64,000 nt of DNA, taken from the NCBI RefSeq assembly GCF_009914755.1, contig NC_060931.1; one strand, 5' to 3'. A program made the translations under genes and the position numbers. Numbering within the stretch: the first letter of the stretch is position 1; each line of letters opens with the position of its first letter. Source of the stretch: the human T2T-CHM13v2.0 reference genome, Homo sapiens. A model generated the notes under the pieces. The model was not told the DNA's origin. It saw only the letters and a program-made list of their open reading frames with translations, and searched no databases. Positions 14,336-34,290 of this stretch are shown piece after piece.

Positions 14336-15829
14336 AAAAAGTTAGTTTAGTTGATCTACACCATTATTTTTATACTTTGCTAACTTCCAAAAAAACTGTA
14401 TTTCATGGAACATAATTTGGGAAACGTATGACCTTTCTAAGAATTATTATGTCATTCTTATTTCCATAAACTTTTTAGAGTACAATTAAAATAGGCTTTT
14501 GAAACTTTATGTAATACCATAGGGAAAGATAAAAAATAATGACCAACCTATTGAACAGTTTATCTTCCTAGATAGTATTTTTCCCCAATTAGTAGCCTCA
14601 GCTGTTAAACTATTCTGTCATATACACATTTCCAATTAAAAGGAACACCTGGGGCAAGGCAGAGGGACTCACTGGGAATCAGTAGTGTCTAATGCTACAT
14701 CCATTTTGGTTTTGACCTGTTGAAATTAGCGAAGTCAGTGGAGCCTTAAAACACAGTTGGCCTTTTAAAGATAAAGCAGAAGAGCCACATAGTATCCGAT
14801 CTGGGCAGAGTAACAACTACAAAATTCTGAAACACAGCCAGGCCTCTGTCTTTAAAGCAGTGTTAGCTCAGTTCTGCTAGGCCAGGCAAGCATATCTGAT
14901 TGGGACAGCAGGGTCCCAGAACAGCTATGGACCAATGCAGACACGTGACATATTCTGGAGATCAGCTTGAACTATCACAGGGCTGTGGATTGTTGAGAAT
15001 CAATGGCAGAAGGCAGATCTGCTGAGCATGTGACAGAGGAGGGAAACCTGGTGACTTCAGCTGAGTGGAGAGAGGCAACCTGGAGTAGAGTCACAGCATC
15101 AGCTTTTTAAAGTGAAAACTGTGGAGACTTAGAAATATGTGATCTATAAGAACAGACTTGCCAGACTTGGCCTTGAATAAAAGAGTCATTTTATCCTACA
15201 GAAGAATTGTGACAACTGCTTAATAGTAATGATCAAATCACAGCAACAGCATTCAAGTTCAGGAAATAATGAGCTAAAGTAAAACCAGGAGGAATTTAAG
15301 ACAAGCTAAAATGACACTCTTATATCTTGACATTTCTTCACTACACCTTATTTTATAACTGGGGCCATGGTGTCTTAAGTTCCTCCATTAAGGCAGACAA
15401 CCCCTAATTTTGCATTGCCTGGCAAAGATGATAGCCTATTTCCCACAGGAAAATGCCAACACCTTACTGGGCATGCTTGATGATAACTGACAATATCAGA
15501 GCCTGAACCGATACGGCTGTGTTGGGTTCTGAACAAACTGCTTCAGAGTTTTGTAACTGATACCATATGCTTTACTCAGTCCCCAAATGCAACTAGACAA
15601 AACCCATCGTCAATCTGTTCCAGATTGTCTTGTGTATTTTATGGCTAAGGACTGAATTGCAAGCTAACATTCACAGCTGGGAAGAAAAAATTGCAATTTA
15701 TAAATCAGGGTCCAGTAAGTCTAAGAGACAAAGGATGCCCACTGCTTTGCAGGTGGAGGTATAGGAAAGGATCAATTGCTTTAGGCCCCACTTCCCCTGT
15801 CTCTGTTTTTTCCTCTGCTTAGAAAGCCT

Positions 15830-16090
15830 GTCAGCCTCCTATCCTCCTGGTGAACTTCAATATACTTCAAGTTTAAACTAAAGCATCTCGAGTTGACCAT
15901 GTTCTTTTGTGCCAACACTGTGTCCAGAGCAATCTTCATTACAGCATTTATCACTCTCTACAGCAATCATGTGTTTACATATCTGTTTTCTCTTCTAGAA
16001 CTCCATGAGGGCAGGGGCTATGGCAGGCTCACATAGATGTTAAACAAATGTCTGTTAAAGGAATTCATTGGAAAAAAAAAATGAATAGAT
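15830..16090 (+). mobile_element. L2 3' fragment
   Basis: acagcatttatcactctc...gaactccatgagggcagggg...catagatgttaaacaaatgtctgttaaaggaat. Confidence 0.65.
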
Positions 16091-16582
16091 GTCATAAACT
16101 GTAAACTTCTTTGGAGAACTAAAAACACATGACAAATGAGTACTGATGATTTTCAAAATCATATTAAGGCAAATACTTTCCTTGATGACAGGCACAAATA
16201 TGTAAATATTTTTTTCATTGCCTACCATGGGAATTTATTTTAAATCTTTAGTTAATAAGTGATTTCTAATGGACTGTTATCCAAAAGTGGAAATTATATG
16301 AGTGACCCTGCATGAAGTGGAAAGATGCGTTGAGGCTTTTTTCCGGGGGGGTGCAGGAGGGGATGCATTTGGCCTGATTTATGTACGTGCTGGCTTAGTC
16401 TCACTTTTGACCAACTATAAGCATTTTAAAGTGCAGCTGGTTATGTTTAAAGATGCCATCTGTAGCCATGACAAAAGAGTCTTCCCTGATGAAGATTTAA
16501 TTGGTCCATAAATGTTTCACAAACACAACCTTTGTTTCTTAGTACAGTGTGTTTTGTTCTATTTTGTTTTATTTTTCAGTCT

Positions 16583-16818
16583 ATGAAGCATGGATTTGAA
16601 GTCAGATAAACCCATGGTTCAAACCCTATTTGTTCCATTTATTAAGCTGTGTGCCTCCAAGAAAAGCTTCCTCCAAACTTTCCAAACCTTTGTTTCCTCA
16701 TCTATTGAATAAGAATGATAATATCTACCTCAAACAGCTGCAAAGGTTCAATGCCATAGTGCATCTGAAGTTCCTACCCTGGGGCTTGGCATAACCAAGT
16801 TCTCTATAAATGGCATTT
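16583..16818 (+). mobile_element. MIR SINE
   Basis: gatttgaagtcagataaacccatggttcaaaccc...tgtttcctcatctattgaataagaatgataatatctacctc. Confidence 0.8.
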
Positions 16819-17124
16819 CCCTTTCTCCTTGTCAACTGTTTAGGAGACACTCTTTAAGAGTTAGGTGTACCTTATCTCTTCTTTAGCTTATTGACTGTCC
16901 TCCCGTAATTCCCACAATTTTTAAAGAGCGAATGCTTGTAGATCACAATCTATGCAATGGATACCCATGAATGTCAATAAGATGTGACTACACAGAGCCA
17001 TTACTCTGCTGTAGGAAACCTCACAAAACTGTGTTCTTACAGGTTAGAATATTATTCTATTGTTAATGCATTTTTACCTTCAAAAGAGCACCAAAATATG
17101 ACTATCAAATTGTGCTAATCTTTT

Positions 17125-17640
17125 AATTTTTAATATTAATTTAGAGTTACAGAAACTTTTCAAATAATCTTCCCCAGTTTCTTCTAATGTTAACATCTTG
17201 CATGACCATGGTACATTTAGCATTCCTAAGCTATTAAACTTGGTACAATTTATTTACTTAACCAAACACCTTATTTGGATTTCACCAGTTTTTCCATTAA
17301 CGTTATTTTTCTGTTCCAGGATCCAGTTTAGGACCCACATTACTTTTGGTTATCATGCCTCTTATTCTTCTCTAGTGTGTGATGATTCCACAGTTTTTCC
17401 TTATCTTTCATGATCTAGACATTTTGAAGAGTGAAGGTCAGTTATTTTGTGGAATGCCTCACAGTTTGGAATTATATAATGTTTTCTGCTGATGAAATGA
17501 AGTTATATATTTGTGGCAAGAATGCTACAGAAGTGATGTATTTCTCTTGCCAACATGATGAGGATAGTGTTTGCTGGGTTTCTCCACTGTAAACTCACAT
17601 CTTTCTCTGTGTCATTAATAAATATCATAGGATAGTGACC
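17125..17640 (-). mobile_element. L1MC4/5-like 3' fragment
   Basis: ttctgttccaggatccagtttaggacccacattac...cattttgaagagtgaaggtcagttattttgtggaatg. Confidence 0.7.
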
Positions 17641-17667
17641 TTTAAGGCTGCTCCTTAGAGTATTTTA

Positions 17668-17970
17668 TCTTTATTATTAATTTTTTTGAGACAGAGTCTC
17701 ACTCTGTCACCCAGGCTAGAGTGTAGTGGTGCAATCTTGGCTTACTGCAACCTCCGCCTCACAAGATCAAGGGATTCTCGTGCCTTAGCCTCTGGAGTAG
17801 CTGGGATTACAGGCATGTGTCACCATGCCTGGCTAATTTGTTGTATTTTTAGTAGAGATGAGGTGTTGCCGTATTGGCTAGACTGGTCTCGAACTCCTGA
17901 CCTCAAGTGATCCACCTGCCTTGGCCTCCCAAAGTGCTGGGATTACAGGTGTGAACAGCTGCACCTGGCC
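17668..17970 (-). mobile_element. AluS (Sz/Sx-like)
   Basis: Full antisense Alu; TSD ttagagtatttta at 17655-17667 and 17976-17988. Confidence 0.92.
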
Positions 17971-19272
17971 TGTCTTTAGAGTATTTTAAAAATATTATAA
18001 ACATGTATAAAAATGTGAGACTACACATAGAAAGGACTGTCATGTCGTAGATACAAGTATGCTTCATAGGTTTCTAATTTTTACATTGTTAGAATATGTT
18101 TAAACTAAAAATGAATATTAACTTTTAATTTCACAATGCCATAGTAGTCTGAATGTTCAGTTTTGAAAGCATTAGCATTTCTGAGCTGAATTTAGCTCCT
18201 TTTAGCATGCTTTGAGCTTAACTGTGGATGTACAGCATGTGATCAGTGAGTAATCTTTGAAAAATTATTCAGCTCTAAGTAATTACTAGTAAAGCTTCAA
18301 TGAGAGATGCAATTTATGACATTAAGACATGTAATGGGATACATTTTTTGCAGCAGACCGTATTCCATATGTCACTTGGTTGCATACACTTAAACTTGCA
18401 TTAATAGTGGATGGCAAGCCTTTACTCTTCTGCCATTTTGTGTGCATGTAGACTGCCGGGCCCTTTCTTCTACCCCTCTGTGTCTAATTTTCAACCATGT
18501 TCCGATGCCATACATTTATGGTTATGACAGGTGAGCTCTGCTAGTGAAAGCATATTCCAGTGAAGCCTAGTGTCCCAGCTCCATCCTTTTGGCTCTGTTT
18601 GATGTGTCAGTTGCACTCATATTTCTATCTGTTAATGCAATAAACATGTAGTAAACACCTCTAAGTCAGGCCCTATACTCAGTCATTAGACATAAGTGGA
18701 TTAGATGAGAGACTATAAACAGTTCAGCAAGTATTTATTATTGCAACTGGAAAGTAAAGTCTATGAGCAATATAATTTTATTTTCATAAATTTAAAAAAC
18801 AACATATTTAAATGTAAAGAAAAGTAAGAAAATTAGATTCCAAGGCCAGGGAAACTGCATACTTTATCTTGGAATATCATCCCAGATATGTGGATTGCAC
18901 AGTAACTGTGATTTGAAGTTATATATTTTTAACAAAGATAAACTTTGGTTGTTGATGTAGCAAGGGTCTAGAGCACAGTTTTTAATAAATGTATTAGTTG
19001 AGATTTGTCTTCATATCATTATTTATTTGATATGACATATAATTTGAAGTAGTCCAAATCTCTTCACAAAAAGTGTTAGTATGGGAGAATCCCACCTGAC
19101 ACCAATCCTTTTAATGAAATTTAACACAAAATTAAGATTCAAGGATTATTGTGAAATTTAAAATTATCTTAATTTACTCATAGGCACCAGTGAGTTTTTA
19201 AAAAGATGTCTTACATATTTTTTAATTATAAGCTTTTGGCCAAGCAAGTATTAAGTGGGAAGTTCACTTCAA

Positions 19273-19475
19273 AAATAATAATGACAGTAATGGCAATAAT
19301 AATATTAATAATAGTAATAATAATACTCATATTTTCCCAATTTCACAGATAAGAAAATTAAGGCAAAAAGAGACTAAGCAACTTGCCCAAGACCACACAG
19401 CTACTAAGTGGCATAGCCTTGGCTCAGATTTGGGCCGTGTATCCTCAGTCTACACTCTTAAACTCTTACCCTCTA
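19273..19475 (-). mobile_element. MIR fragment with adjacent (AAT)n low-complexity tract
   Basis: cccaatttcacagataagaaaattaaggc...aacttgcccaagaccacacagctactaagtggca. Confidence 0.8.
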
Positions 19476-19487
19476 CAACTTTCTAGA

Positions 19488-19920
19488 TAGTTAGGTTATA
19501 GGATAAGTTGGTATAATGAAGATTCCTACGTTACAGTGATTTAAATAAGATAGAAAAGTATTTCTCTCTTGTAACAGTATAGGAACGAGTGGCCCAGGGC
19601 TGGCTGGACAGTTCTGCTGTCTTGTGTGCGTGGCTTCCATCTCTGGTCCAAAGTGTCTGCATGCCTTGTTGCCATCTCCTAGCCATAAGGAAAAGGAGGA
19701 GGGAAGTAAAAGGCAAGCACCCTCATTTTGAAGGATGTGACCAGAAGTTCACTTCTACTCACATTCTGTTATTCAGTACTTGGTTGCAGGGCCACACATA
19801 TCAGCAAGAGAGGTATGGAAATGTCCTCTAATTGAGTTGCCATGTGTCCAGCTAAACCTCCTGGGTTAAAAGAAAGAAGGGGAGAAAGAATACTGGGAGG
19901 AAATTAGCAGGCTCTGCTAG
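19488..19920 (-). mobile_element. ERVL-MaLR solo LTR (MLT1J/K-like)
   Basis: cagtgatttaaataagatagaaaagtatttctctct...cacttctactcacattctgtt...gccatgtgtccagctaaa...tagcaggctctgc. Confidence 0.7.
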
Positions 19921-20430
19921 AACCTTCCTCTCTGGTTTTAGACTCCCACCTACCCAGAGAGGTGGGAGTCTATATAGAACTCTATATAGAACCCCTATTC
20001 TCCCCAAAGGAGACCACCCAGTTCAGAGTCTTAAGATTTCTGGGAGATGTACTGGATGCTGCAAGTTTTTCCTTATGGTCCAATCACCTATAGCCAAAAA
20101 GACAAATTATGTGCCATATCCACTTCATACTCTATATGGAGAATAACCTCAAAGATAACTCTCATTCAGATAAGAAAGGAATGGTAAATATATGGTGGTC
20201 CGTTGTCCACAGCAATTATCATATTTGGTGGCAGGACTTACAGACTCCCTGTTCCAACATGGAATATGTTCTTTGGTTTGCTCAACTGTTACACTTTTTT
20301 TTGGAGCTTTTTGGTTTGCTTAGCTGTTACGCTTTTGAATATTGCATTTTTTTGGAGAGTTATTCCTTACTTATTATCTGGAGGTGGTTTGAGAATATTC
20401 CCTAATTGAGAGGTTGCACAGTTTTGGTGG

Positions 20431-20603
20431 TTTTTATTTTTATTTTTATTTTTATTTTTATCTCCCTCTGCCACCCAAGCTGGAATGCAGTGCAGTGTCA
20501 TGATCATAGATCACCTTAGACTCAAACTCCTTGGATCAAGCAATCCTCCTTTCTCAGCCTCCCAAGTAGCTGAGATTACAGGCATGAGCCACTATGCCTG
20601 GCC
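20431..20603 (-). mobile_element. Free right Alu monomer (FRAM/FAM-like)
   Basis: Single monomer with T-rich tail; possible short TSD cacagtttt (20417 / 20603). Confidence 0.8.
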
Positions 20604-21315
20604 ACAGTTTTTGCCTCCTCCTTTCCACAAGGGCAGGGGTAAGACCCAGATTTGTTTTAAGGGTCAAGCAGTCAAAGGCTTTTACAAGCCAAGCTTGTGA
20701 TTTCAATGGAAATATGATTCCATAAAAAATGTAGTGGACATATATATGTATATATATTTGCATCTAGACAGCTCCATGTAAATATGCTATTCTATGTTAA
20801 CTAGTTCGGCTTTTCTCTAAGCCAAGATATATCCTTGGAAGATGTCATTGTTTTGTATTTCCTAGTATTTTCTATAACCATTTCCTAAAGGCATCTGTTG
20901 GCCATTTAATCATATTAAAGCATTAAATGGACTCTGGCATATGCTTCAGTTCACTGGTTAGTCTGTTTTTATTCTTAAAGTTTTGGGGGTATTCATGAAA
21001 TGCTTTGGAAAGCTTGTGACAGACTTGATAGGGCATGATGTCTGGCTGGTGTCTTCAACAGTTAACACAGTGATTCATTCCCATATGTTCTTCTTAGTGC
21101 ACTGGCCTCATCTGTATTACATGTGCCTGTACCTCACAGCACCTGAAAGCCTGTATAGAAGAATTTAATATATCACTGTGACTGGAGAAAAGTAGAACTT
21201 GTTTGTAAATGTTTGTTTCCTTCAAATTTCAAAATCCCACAGTGTAAGGGTTACTGGAGGTGTGTACCTGTGTGTGTGCCTGTGTAGATGTGTGCATATA
21301 GGTGTGTTTGTGTAG

Positions 21316-21684
<369 letters not shown>

Positions 21685-22010
21685 TAATTGTAGACAGGAA
21701 ATGTCCACATGGTGCCCAAAACTAATGTGACTGCATCTTTTATTAAATATTCAACTCTCTTAGTAGTGCCACTCAAGCATAACATTCCCCACAAGTTACA
21801 TCTTTAAGGATTACAACCTCATATGCTTTATTAGCAGACTATTTATATGTGGGACAGTCCATCCATGCTGAAGTATTTATAACAGCAATTATTTTGAGTA
21901 GGAGTGATCAATATCTCCTGGGCAAACCTACTTACTGCTTAACAGGTGGCAAACATCTGTTGTTGTTTGGTGTCACCATTGTTGGCAACTATACATCAAT
22001 TAAAAGTTTT

Positions 22011-22252
22011 ACTCATAAGTGGGAGTTGAACAATGAGAACACATGAGCATAGGGAGGGGAATATCACACACTGGGGACTGTCAGGGGACATGGGGCTAGG
22101 GGAGGGATAGCATTAGGAGAAATACCTAATGTAGATGACGGGTTGATGGCTGCAGCAAACCACCATGGCACATGTATACCTACATAAAAAACCTGCATGT
22201 TCTAAACATGTATCCCAGAACTTAAAGTATAATCTAAAAAATGACAAAAAAA
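22011..22252 (+). mobile_element. L1PA7-like 3'UTR fragment
   Basis: gggatagcattaggagaaatacctaatgtagatgacgggttgatgg...cccagaacttaaagtataat; short aaaagtt on both sides. Confidence 0.9.
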
Positions 22253-23829
22253 GTTGTCCTTTAAAATCTCTGCAGCCTATTACCTATTTCCAATCAGTAC
22301 TATTTCTGCTTCAACCTACAAAAACAGGTTTGTTCCTTTGGAATATGAAATAAGTTTTTCTTGTTGCTATTATTTTGTCACTTCCAAAACTGATCTAGAT
22401 TGGTCAAAGTATGAGAGAACCCAAAGTAGTAACACACAGATCCAACACTATATTTCTTTGTTCACAAGTCAAAAAGAACTGAATGTTGTATCTAAGCATA
22501 TAAATTCATTCTTTTGTTCATTTGTATTCATATTTACCCATCTGGATTCCATCTGGAACCAAAACCAAAAGTGCGAGAAACCACAACAAAGGCTGCTTTC
22601 CTTGGGTTTTCTACCTCACTGGAAGTGGGTAGCATTAGGCATTTCACAGGCTTCCTCTCACTAGATTTTCCAGTCGAAATCCTACAAAGACCAGAGACTC
22701 ATACACTTCTAAATGGAGAATACAGGGTGTCTTTCAGAATGGACTTCAGCAAGCAGGACCACATTGGCCCCATCCTGGCTAATTTGAAGGCCATTTAGGT
22801 TGAAAAAGAAAAAAACTTTATATTAGCTCAGAGATTTGGAATGCATGAGAAATGTAAAGAAATATTTCCAATATTAATGTCATATTAATACATTTAGTTG
22901 AGTAGAACTAATTCATTTGCTTGTAATTTGTTTCAATTTCCTTCCTTCCTGAGTTCCTTGCAGACTAACTTAAAATTCTTTCACAGTATAATGAATAGCC
23001 ACTTTTCAGCTGATATATGTTTAGGGAAGAAACACACAACTGTGTCACATTCTATGATGGCTCATTACTAGGTGGATTCTAATGTGTTATAAGTAAGATT
23101 ATCCATTCCAAACATAAACAGCAAGGGAAGCCGTATGTACTATCCTCTACCCAACCTCAAGTTCCATTATTTTTAATAAAACTAAAACGTACTTGTAATT
23201 TCTCACTAAAACATAATAACACCCAGCATTGAAGCTTATCAATTTTTAAAGCCATATTTTTAGGAAAATTTTCTGCACAAAAAATAGAATAACTTAAGTA
23301 GCTGTATATTTTTCTTAAAACTCAGTGTAAGGCGATTACTTAGGTAAACCTTGTTCACTGCCAATTTTTATTGGAATGAATTGTAAGTGAAAGTCAAAAT
23401 GTTTCCTACTCCTCAGTAAAGATGTTTAATTTTGTCCTATACTTTTATTAGCCAGCTACTTAGTAAAAGTTTTTATAAGTTTTATAAAAGGAAATAGAGT
23501 TTAGAGACTTACCTGGTAATAATTTTTATACATAACAAAGTTGAAGAAGCTTAATTTGTTGTCACATTCAAGAACTCTGTGTCATTAGAATGAGCCAAGC
23601 ATGGAAATCATGATTCCAAATTAATGTGACTAATTTCTACCCACTTCCTATCCCAGTCTCTGAGCATCGTCTACTCTGAACTTGAATGGTCATGGTTTCA
23701 CCCAGCTCTAGCATGTTCCAGGTGCTCATCCCCCTACCTGGAACATTTGCTTAACTCACTCTTATGTTTCCTTGGATAAACTATAAGTCTGCGAGACAAG
23801 ACAGTATTAAATGGCTGTACAGGCTGCTT

Positions 23830-23978
23830 GTCCTTCATAGCCCTTAGTAGGAATCAAACCTGCCAATGCCTCCGTTTTGGACTTCTGGCCTCCAGAACTG
23901 AAAGACAACAAATTTAGATTTGTTCTAAACCACATAATTTATGGTAATTTGTCACAGTTGCCCTAGGAAACAAATACA
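23830..23978 (+). mobile_element. MLT1 (MaLR) LTR 3' part
   Basis: ggacttctggcctccagaactg...tttatggtaatttgtcacagttgccctaggaaacaaataca. Confidence 0.8.
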
Positions 23979-24029
23979 ACTTCAAAGAGCTATCAGTTCT
24001 CTTCTTTTCTATTATTCTGCTTTAACATC

Positions 24030-30060
<6,031 letters not shown>

Positions 30061-31363
30061 AAAAATCTCTCTTAATATTAATTTACATAAATTGCTCTCT
30101 TCTTGAAAAACATTCAATTTTGGGATAAATGTGATATCTCAAGGGTGACTTTAGATAGATTATCATTAATTATTTATTGCTAATGTAAACATAAGCTAAT
30201 TCTATAAATGTTTATTGAATGTCTGATACTGTGAATCAGACAATAGCTACTCAGTATTTTATGGCTGATTGACTACAGTGCAAGGAGAGTTGTTAAATTT
30301 AAAGACCATGTAAACACAGAAAATAATTCATTCCTTCAGAACAAGATGCCAGTCTGTACAAGGAATCCATTTGGAAATTTCTCAAAAGGGAGAACCACAA
30401 ACACAAAATTCTAGAGCTAAATAGATCATATGGGAATTATTTAGACAATTATTCTGTAGAGACTCAAAAACATTAGAGCCAGAATTATATTGGAGGTCAT
30501 TCCAGTGCCCCAAATATCCATGCTAGCAGGAACCCAGCGTTGGCCATATAGGTCATGTTTACCCTTATGTTCTCCCCTTTTTTCTCTATTCCAGTGGCCC
30601 TTTCTCTGCAGCTGGGCCCCACACCTACATCCATCCGTTTCTTCTCCTTCCATTGATCCTATATACTGACAATAGCTTCAATCAGAAGCCGTGTTTTGAA
30701 TGTTTATCACATGCTGAGGACTCTGACAAGTGCTAGAAACAGAAAGATTGTAACACAATTTCTGATCTGGGCTTACATCGTGGATGGATTTATACCAAAA
30801 ACAGCCTTGGTGTGACTGTACCTGAAAAGACATAAAGCAATGCAAGTCCATTTTAAGGAACCAACTTTCAACTGCAATTTGTGTGGAGATGGAGTAAAGG
30901 TGAAAGAGAAAGTATTGATTAATTCACAGGAAGATTGAAATTAGACTATAAAACCAATGATTTGCTCTGCTTTTGGGAAAGTCAGCTATATATTAAGATG
31001 AAGCGGCAGAGGTCTAAAGTGAGATGAACCTCCATTTAAAACCTACCTCTCAGTAATTTAGCATTTCTATTTTCTTATTCCTAAAATGAAGATAGGAGTT
31101 GTTGTGAGAAAAATAAGATAATATGTGTAAATAACTTACATGCCAGGCATGTAATAAATGCTTTAAAAATACATCTATTTCAATTATCCTTATGCTCCAG
31201 TTTTATCCTTGAGGAGCTTGACAAATCTATACTAGTTGTGGTAAGTTGGAAGGCAGGTTAGAACTCCAAGTAGCAACTAATATCCTGAGATTTGCAAAAT
31301 ATTTTTGGAATAAACTTATAGCAGAACAGACAATTCATAATTGGCAGACTACTTAAGATTTGT

Positions 31364-32594
31364 CACAAAAATCAACTCAAAATGGATTAAAGACTTAAAT
31401 GTAATCCCAGAAACTGTAAAAATACTAGAAGAAAACCTAGGGAAAGGTCTCCTGGACATTGGTTTAGGCAAATAATTTATGATTAAGACTTCAAAATCAC
31501 AGGCAACTAAACCAAAAATAGACTAATAAGACTTAATTAAACTAGAAAGCTTCTGCACAGCAAAAGAAAATCAAGAGATAACTTGCTGAATGAGAGAAAA
31601 TATTTGCAAACTATTCTCCTGATGGGGGACTAATATCTAGAATACACAAGGAACTCAAACAACAAGTGAAAAAGCAAATAATTCCATCAACAAGTGGGCA
31701 ACTTATAGAAATAGACATTTCTCAAAAGAAGACATACAAATCGCCAATGGGTACATGAAAAAATGCTCGATATCACTAATCATCAGAGAAATGCAAATGA
31801 AAACCACAGTGAGATATTACCTAACTCCAGTCAGAATGACTGTTATTAAAAAGACAAAAAAAATAGATGTTGGCAAGGATGTGAAGAAAAGAGAACTCTT
31901 ATACACTCTTGGTGGGAATATAAACTAGTACTGCTACTATGGACAATGATATGGAGATTTCTCAAAAAAAAAAAAAAAATCCAAAATAGAATTACCATCC
32001 AATCCAGCAATTCCACTACTGGGTATCTAACCAGAAGAAAAAACATCCGTTTATCAAAGGGATACCTGCACTCATATGTTGCAGCACTATTCACAATAGC
32101 AAAGATATGAAATCAGCATAAGTGCCTATCAGTGGATGAATGGATAAAGAAAATGTGGAACATGGACCATTACTTGGCCATAAAAAATGAAATTACTTTA
32201 TTTGTAGCAACATCGATGGAACTGGAGGTTATTATCTTAAGACAAATAAACCAGGCACAAAAAGACAAATATTACATGTTCTCACTTACATGTGGGAGCT
32301 AAAACATTGATCACATGGTGGTAGAGAGTGAAAAGATAGATAACAGAGTCTGGAAAGAATGAGTGGGGGTAAGGAGGGAGGATGAAGACAAGTGGGTTAA
32401 AGGGTACAAACATACAGTAAGACAGAAGGAATAAATTCAATGTTTGATATCAGAGTAGGGTGACTACAGCTAACAAAAATGTATTATACTCAGATGATGG
32501 ACAACTTAAATACCCTTACTTGGCCACTAAGCATTATATACCCATGTAAGAAAATTTCACATGTACCTCATAAATCTGTACAAATTTTTAAAAT
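31364..32594 (+). mobile_element. 5'-truncated L1MA (L1MA4A/5A-like) 3' end
   Basis: ORF2 C-terminal remnant and 3'UTR (gggttaaagggtacaaacatacagtaag...); TSD agatttgt at 31356-63 and 32595-602. Confidence 0.85.
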
Positions 32595-33774
32595 AGATTT
32601 GTTAATGTCTCCTTCCCAATTTGTGAATATGATATTTTTAAAAGAATAAAAAAATAGACAAATGCTTATAGCCTAAATAGCATAAATGGCCATATTTGAA
32701 TATCTCCTAAAGTTATGCTCTATATGATATATTTTCCATGATAAACATCTTCAGCATGAATCACAAACAACTCAGGATGTGTTATCTTGCTTCTCAGCAT
32801 ATGTCTAAGAAATCAGTCTTCTTGCCAAAAGGAGAAAAAAGTTTCAAAATCAAAATTATGAGTCTTATAGATTGATTTTCGTAGTAGAAATGAAGGTCCT
32901 TGTAATGGGAAACCATTAGAAATCTCAAAATCCAAATATTGCATTATTTTCACTTTACAGTACTTATATATGGCACCCAGGAAACTTCTCAGTTGACCAT
33001 AATTAATTTATAAGAAAATTTGAAAATTTGAAATTTTATTTGTTTGTGGCAGGAGCTGATGAAACATTTTCTAATGATGGAAGCTAAAATTCCCTAACAC
33101 AATATTTGTGCATCTTATACTAAGTACATCTTTCAATGCAATTTAATTTTTCTCTTATTCTAAAATGTTTGTTTTTTTAGTTCACGTCCTAAAAAAAGAA
33201 ATGTGAGTGCTTCAAAACAGACCTTGAGAAGGAAATGCTTTCAGTTAACCTTATGGAAACATCACAGAAAGTAGCACTGGACAAAGTAGAAGTTATTCAA
33301 GTCAAGCAGAGTATGGGGTGAAGACTGGATGGAGATTAGCCAAAGAGGAGGACCACAGCCAAACTTTACCCTGAATGCAATGCAATCTCTTGAATTATTT
33401 CAAGCAACAAAGGGAGTTTAAAACTTTTGCATTTCAGGAAGATGACGTTAGCAACAACATGGAAAATAGACATATTGGTAGTCCATAGAACTGTAGCAGA
33501 GGAGACCCATTAAGAGGTCAAGGCAATTCCCATGATAAAAGAACATGAAGACACAGATCAAAATAGTATCCATTGAAATCAAGAAAAAAAGAAATCAAGA
33601 AGAGAAAGTTGATATGAATATTTGGTGATTGATTGGCTGCTAGGGGCAATGAAGAGAAGGGAAACTTGGAAAACTGAAATGTCTGGCTTGGGCACCGAAT
33701 CTTCCAAGCTCAACAGTATTGAGGTTATTGGGGATGGAACAGATTTTGGAATGATTTTTAAAGTTCAATTTCAG

Positions 33775-34290
33775 CTGTTTGGTGAGTAACAGCAAACCTG
33801 ACTAATAGTAGCTTAAATAAATAAGAGATATTTTCTTCTTATCCAATAAAAAGTCCAGAATTAGACATTTGCAGCAGATCAAGAACATCAGCACATATCA
33901 AAATGGTTTCAGAAGATCAAGAATGTCAGCACAGATCAAAATGGTTTCAGAAGATCAAGGATGTCAGCACTAAAGTCTCCACAAAGTTTTTGGCCTTTCT
34001 TCCATAATTTAAGATAGTTGTTGTTCTTCCAGCTATCAATTTCCTGTTTCACAAGCAGAGAAGAAGAAACAAGAGAGGAGAAAGGAACAGCCTCTGTACC
34101 AGAAAAACAGGCTTTCTCTGCAATTCTCTGCAAGTTTATACTTACATTTCACTGACCAGAAATGTGTCAGTGGCCACTCTTGGCTGTAAGAAAAACAGGG
34201 GAGACATGTTATTAGTGTTCTCTTTAGGAGAGCAAAACAAGGAAAAGCAAGATCAGAGTGGGTTTTGACTCAACCTATGATATCTGTCAT
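33775..34290 (-). mobile_element. MaLR LTR (MLT1I/J-like) with an internal 38-bp tandem repeat
   Basis: gagtaacagcaaacctgactaatagtagcttaaataaat...cttacatttcactgaccagaaatgtgtcagtggccactcttggctgtaag...atctgtcata. Confidence 0.65.
33872..33970. repeat. 38-bp tandem repeat, ~2.6 copies
   Basis: cagaagatcaagaatgtcagcacagatcaaaatggttt starting at 33872, 33910 and 33948. Confidence 0.92.

Noticed and set aside
33872-33970. Regularly spaced direct repeats (CRISPR-like at first glance)
   Set aside because: Head-to-tail tandem units without unique spacers, in eukaryotic LTR DNA
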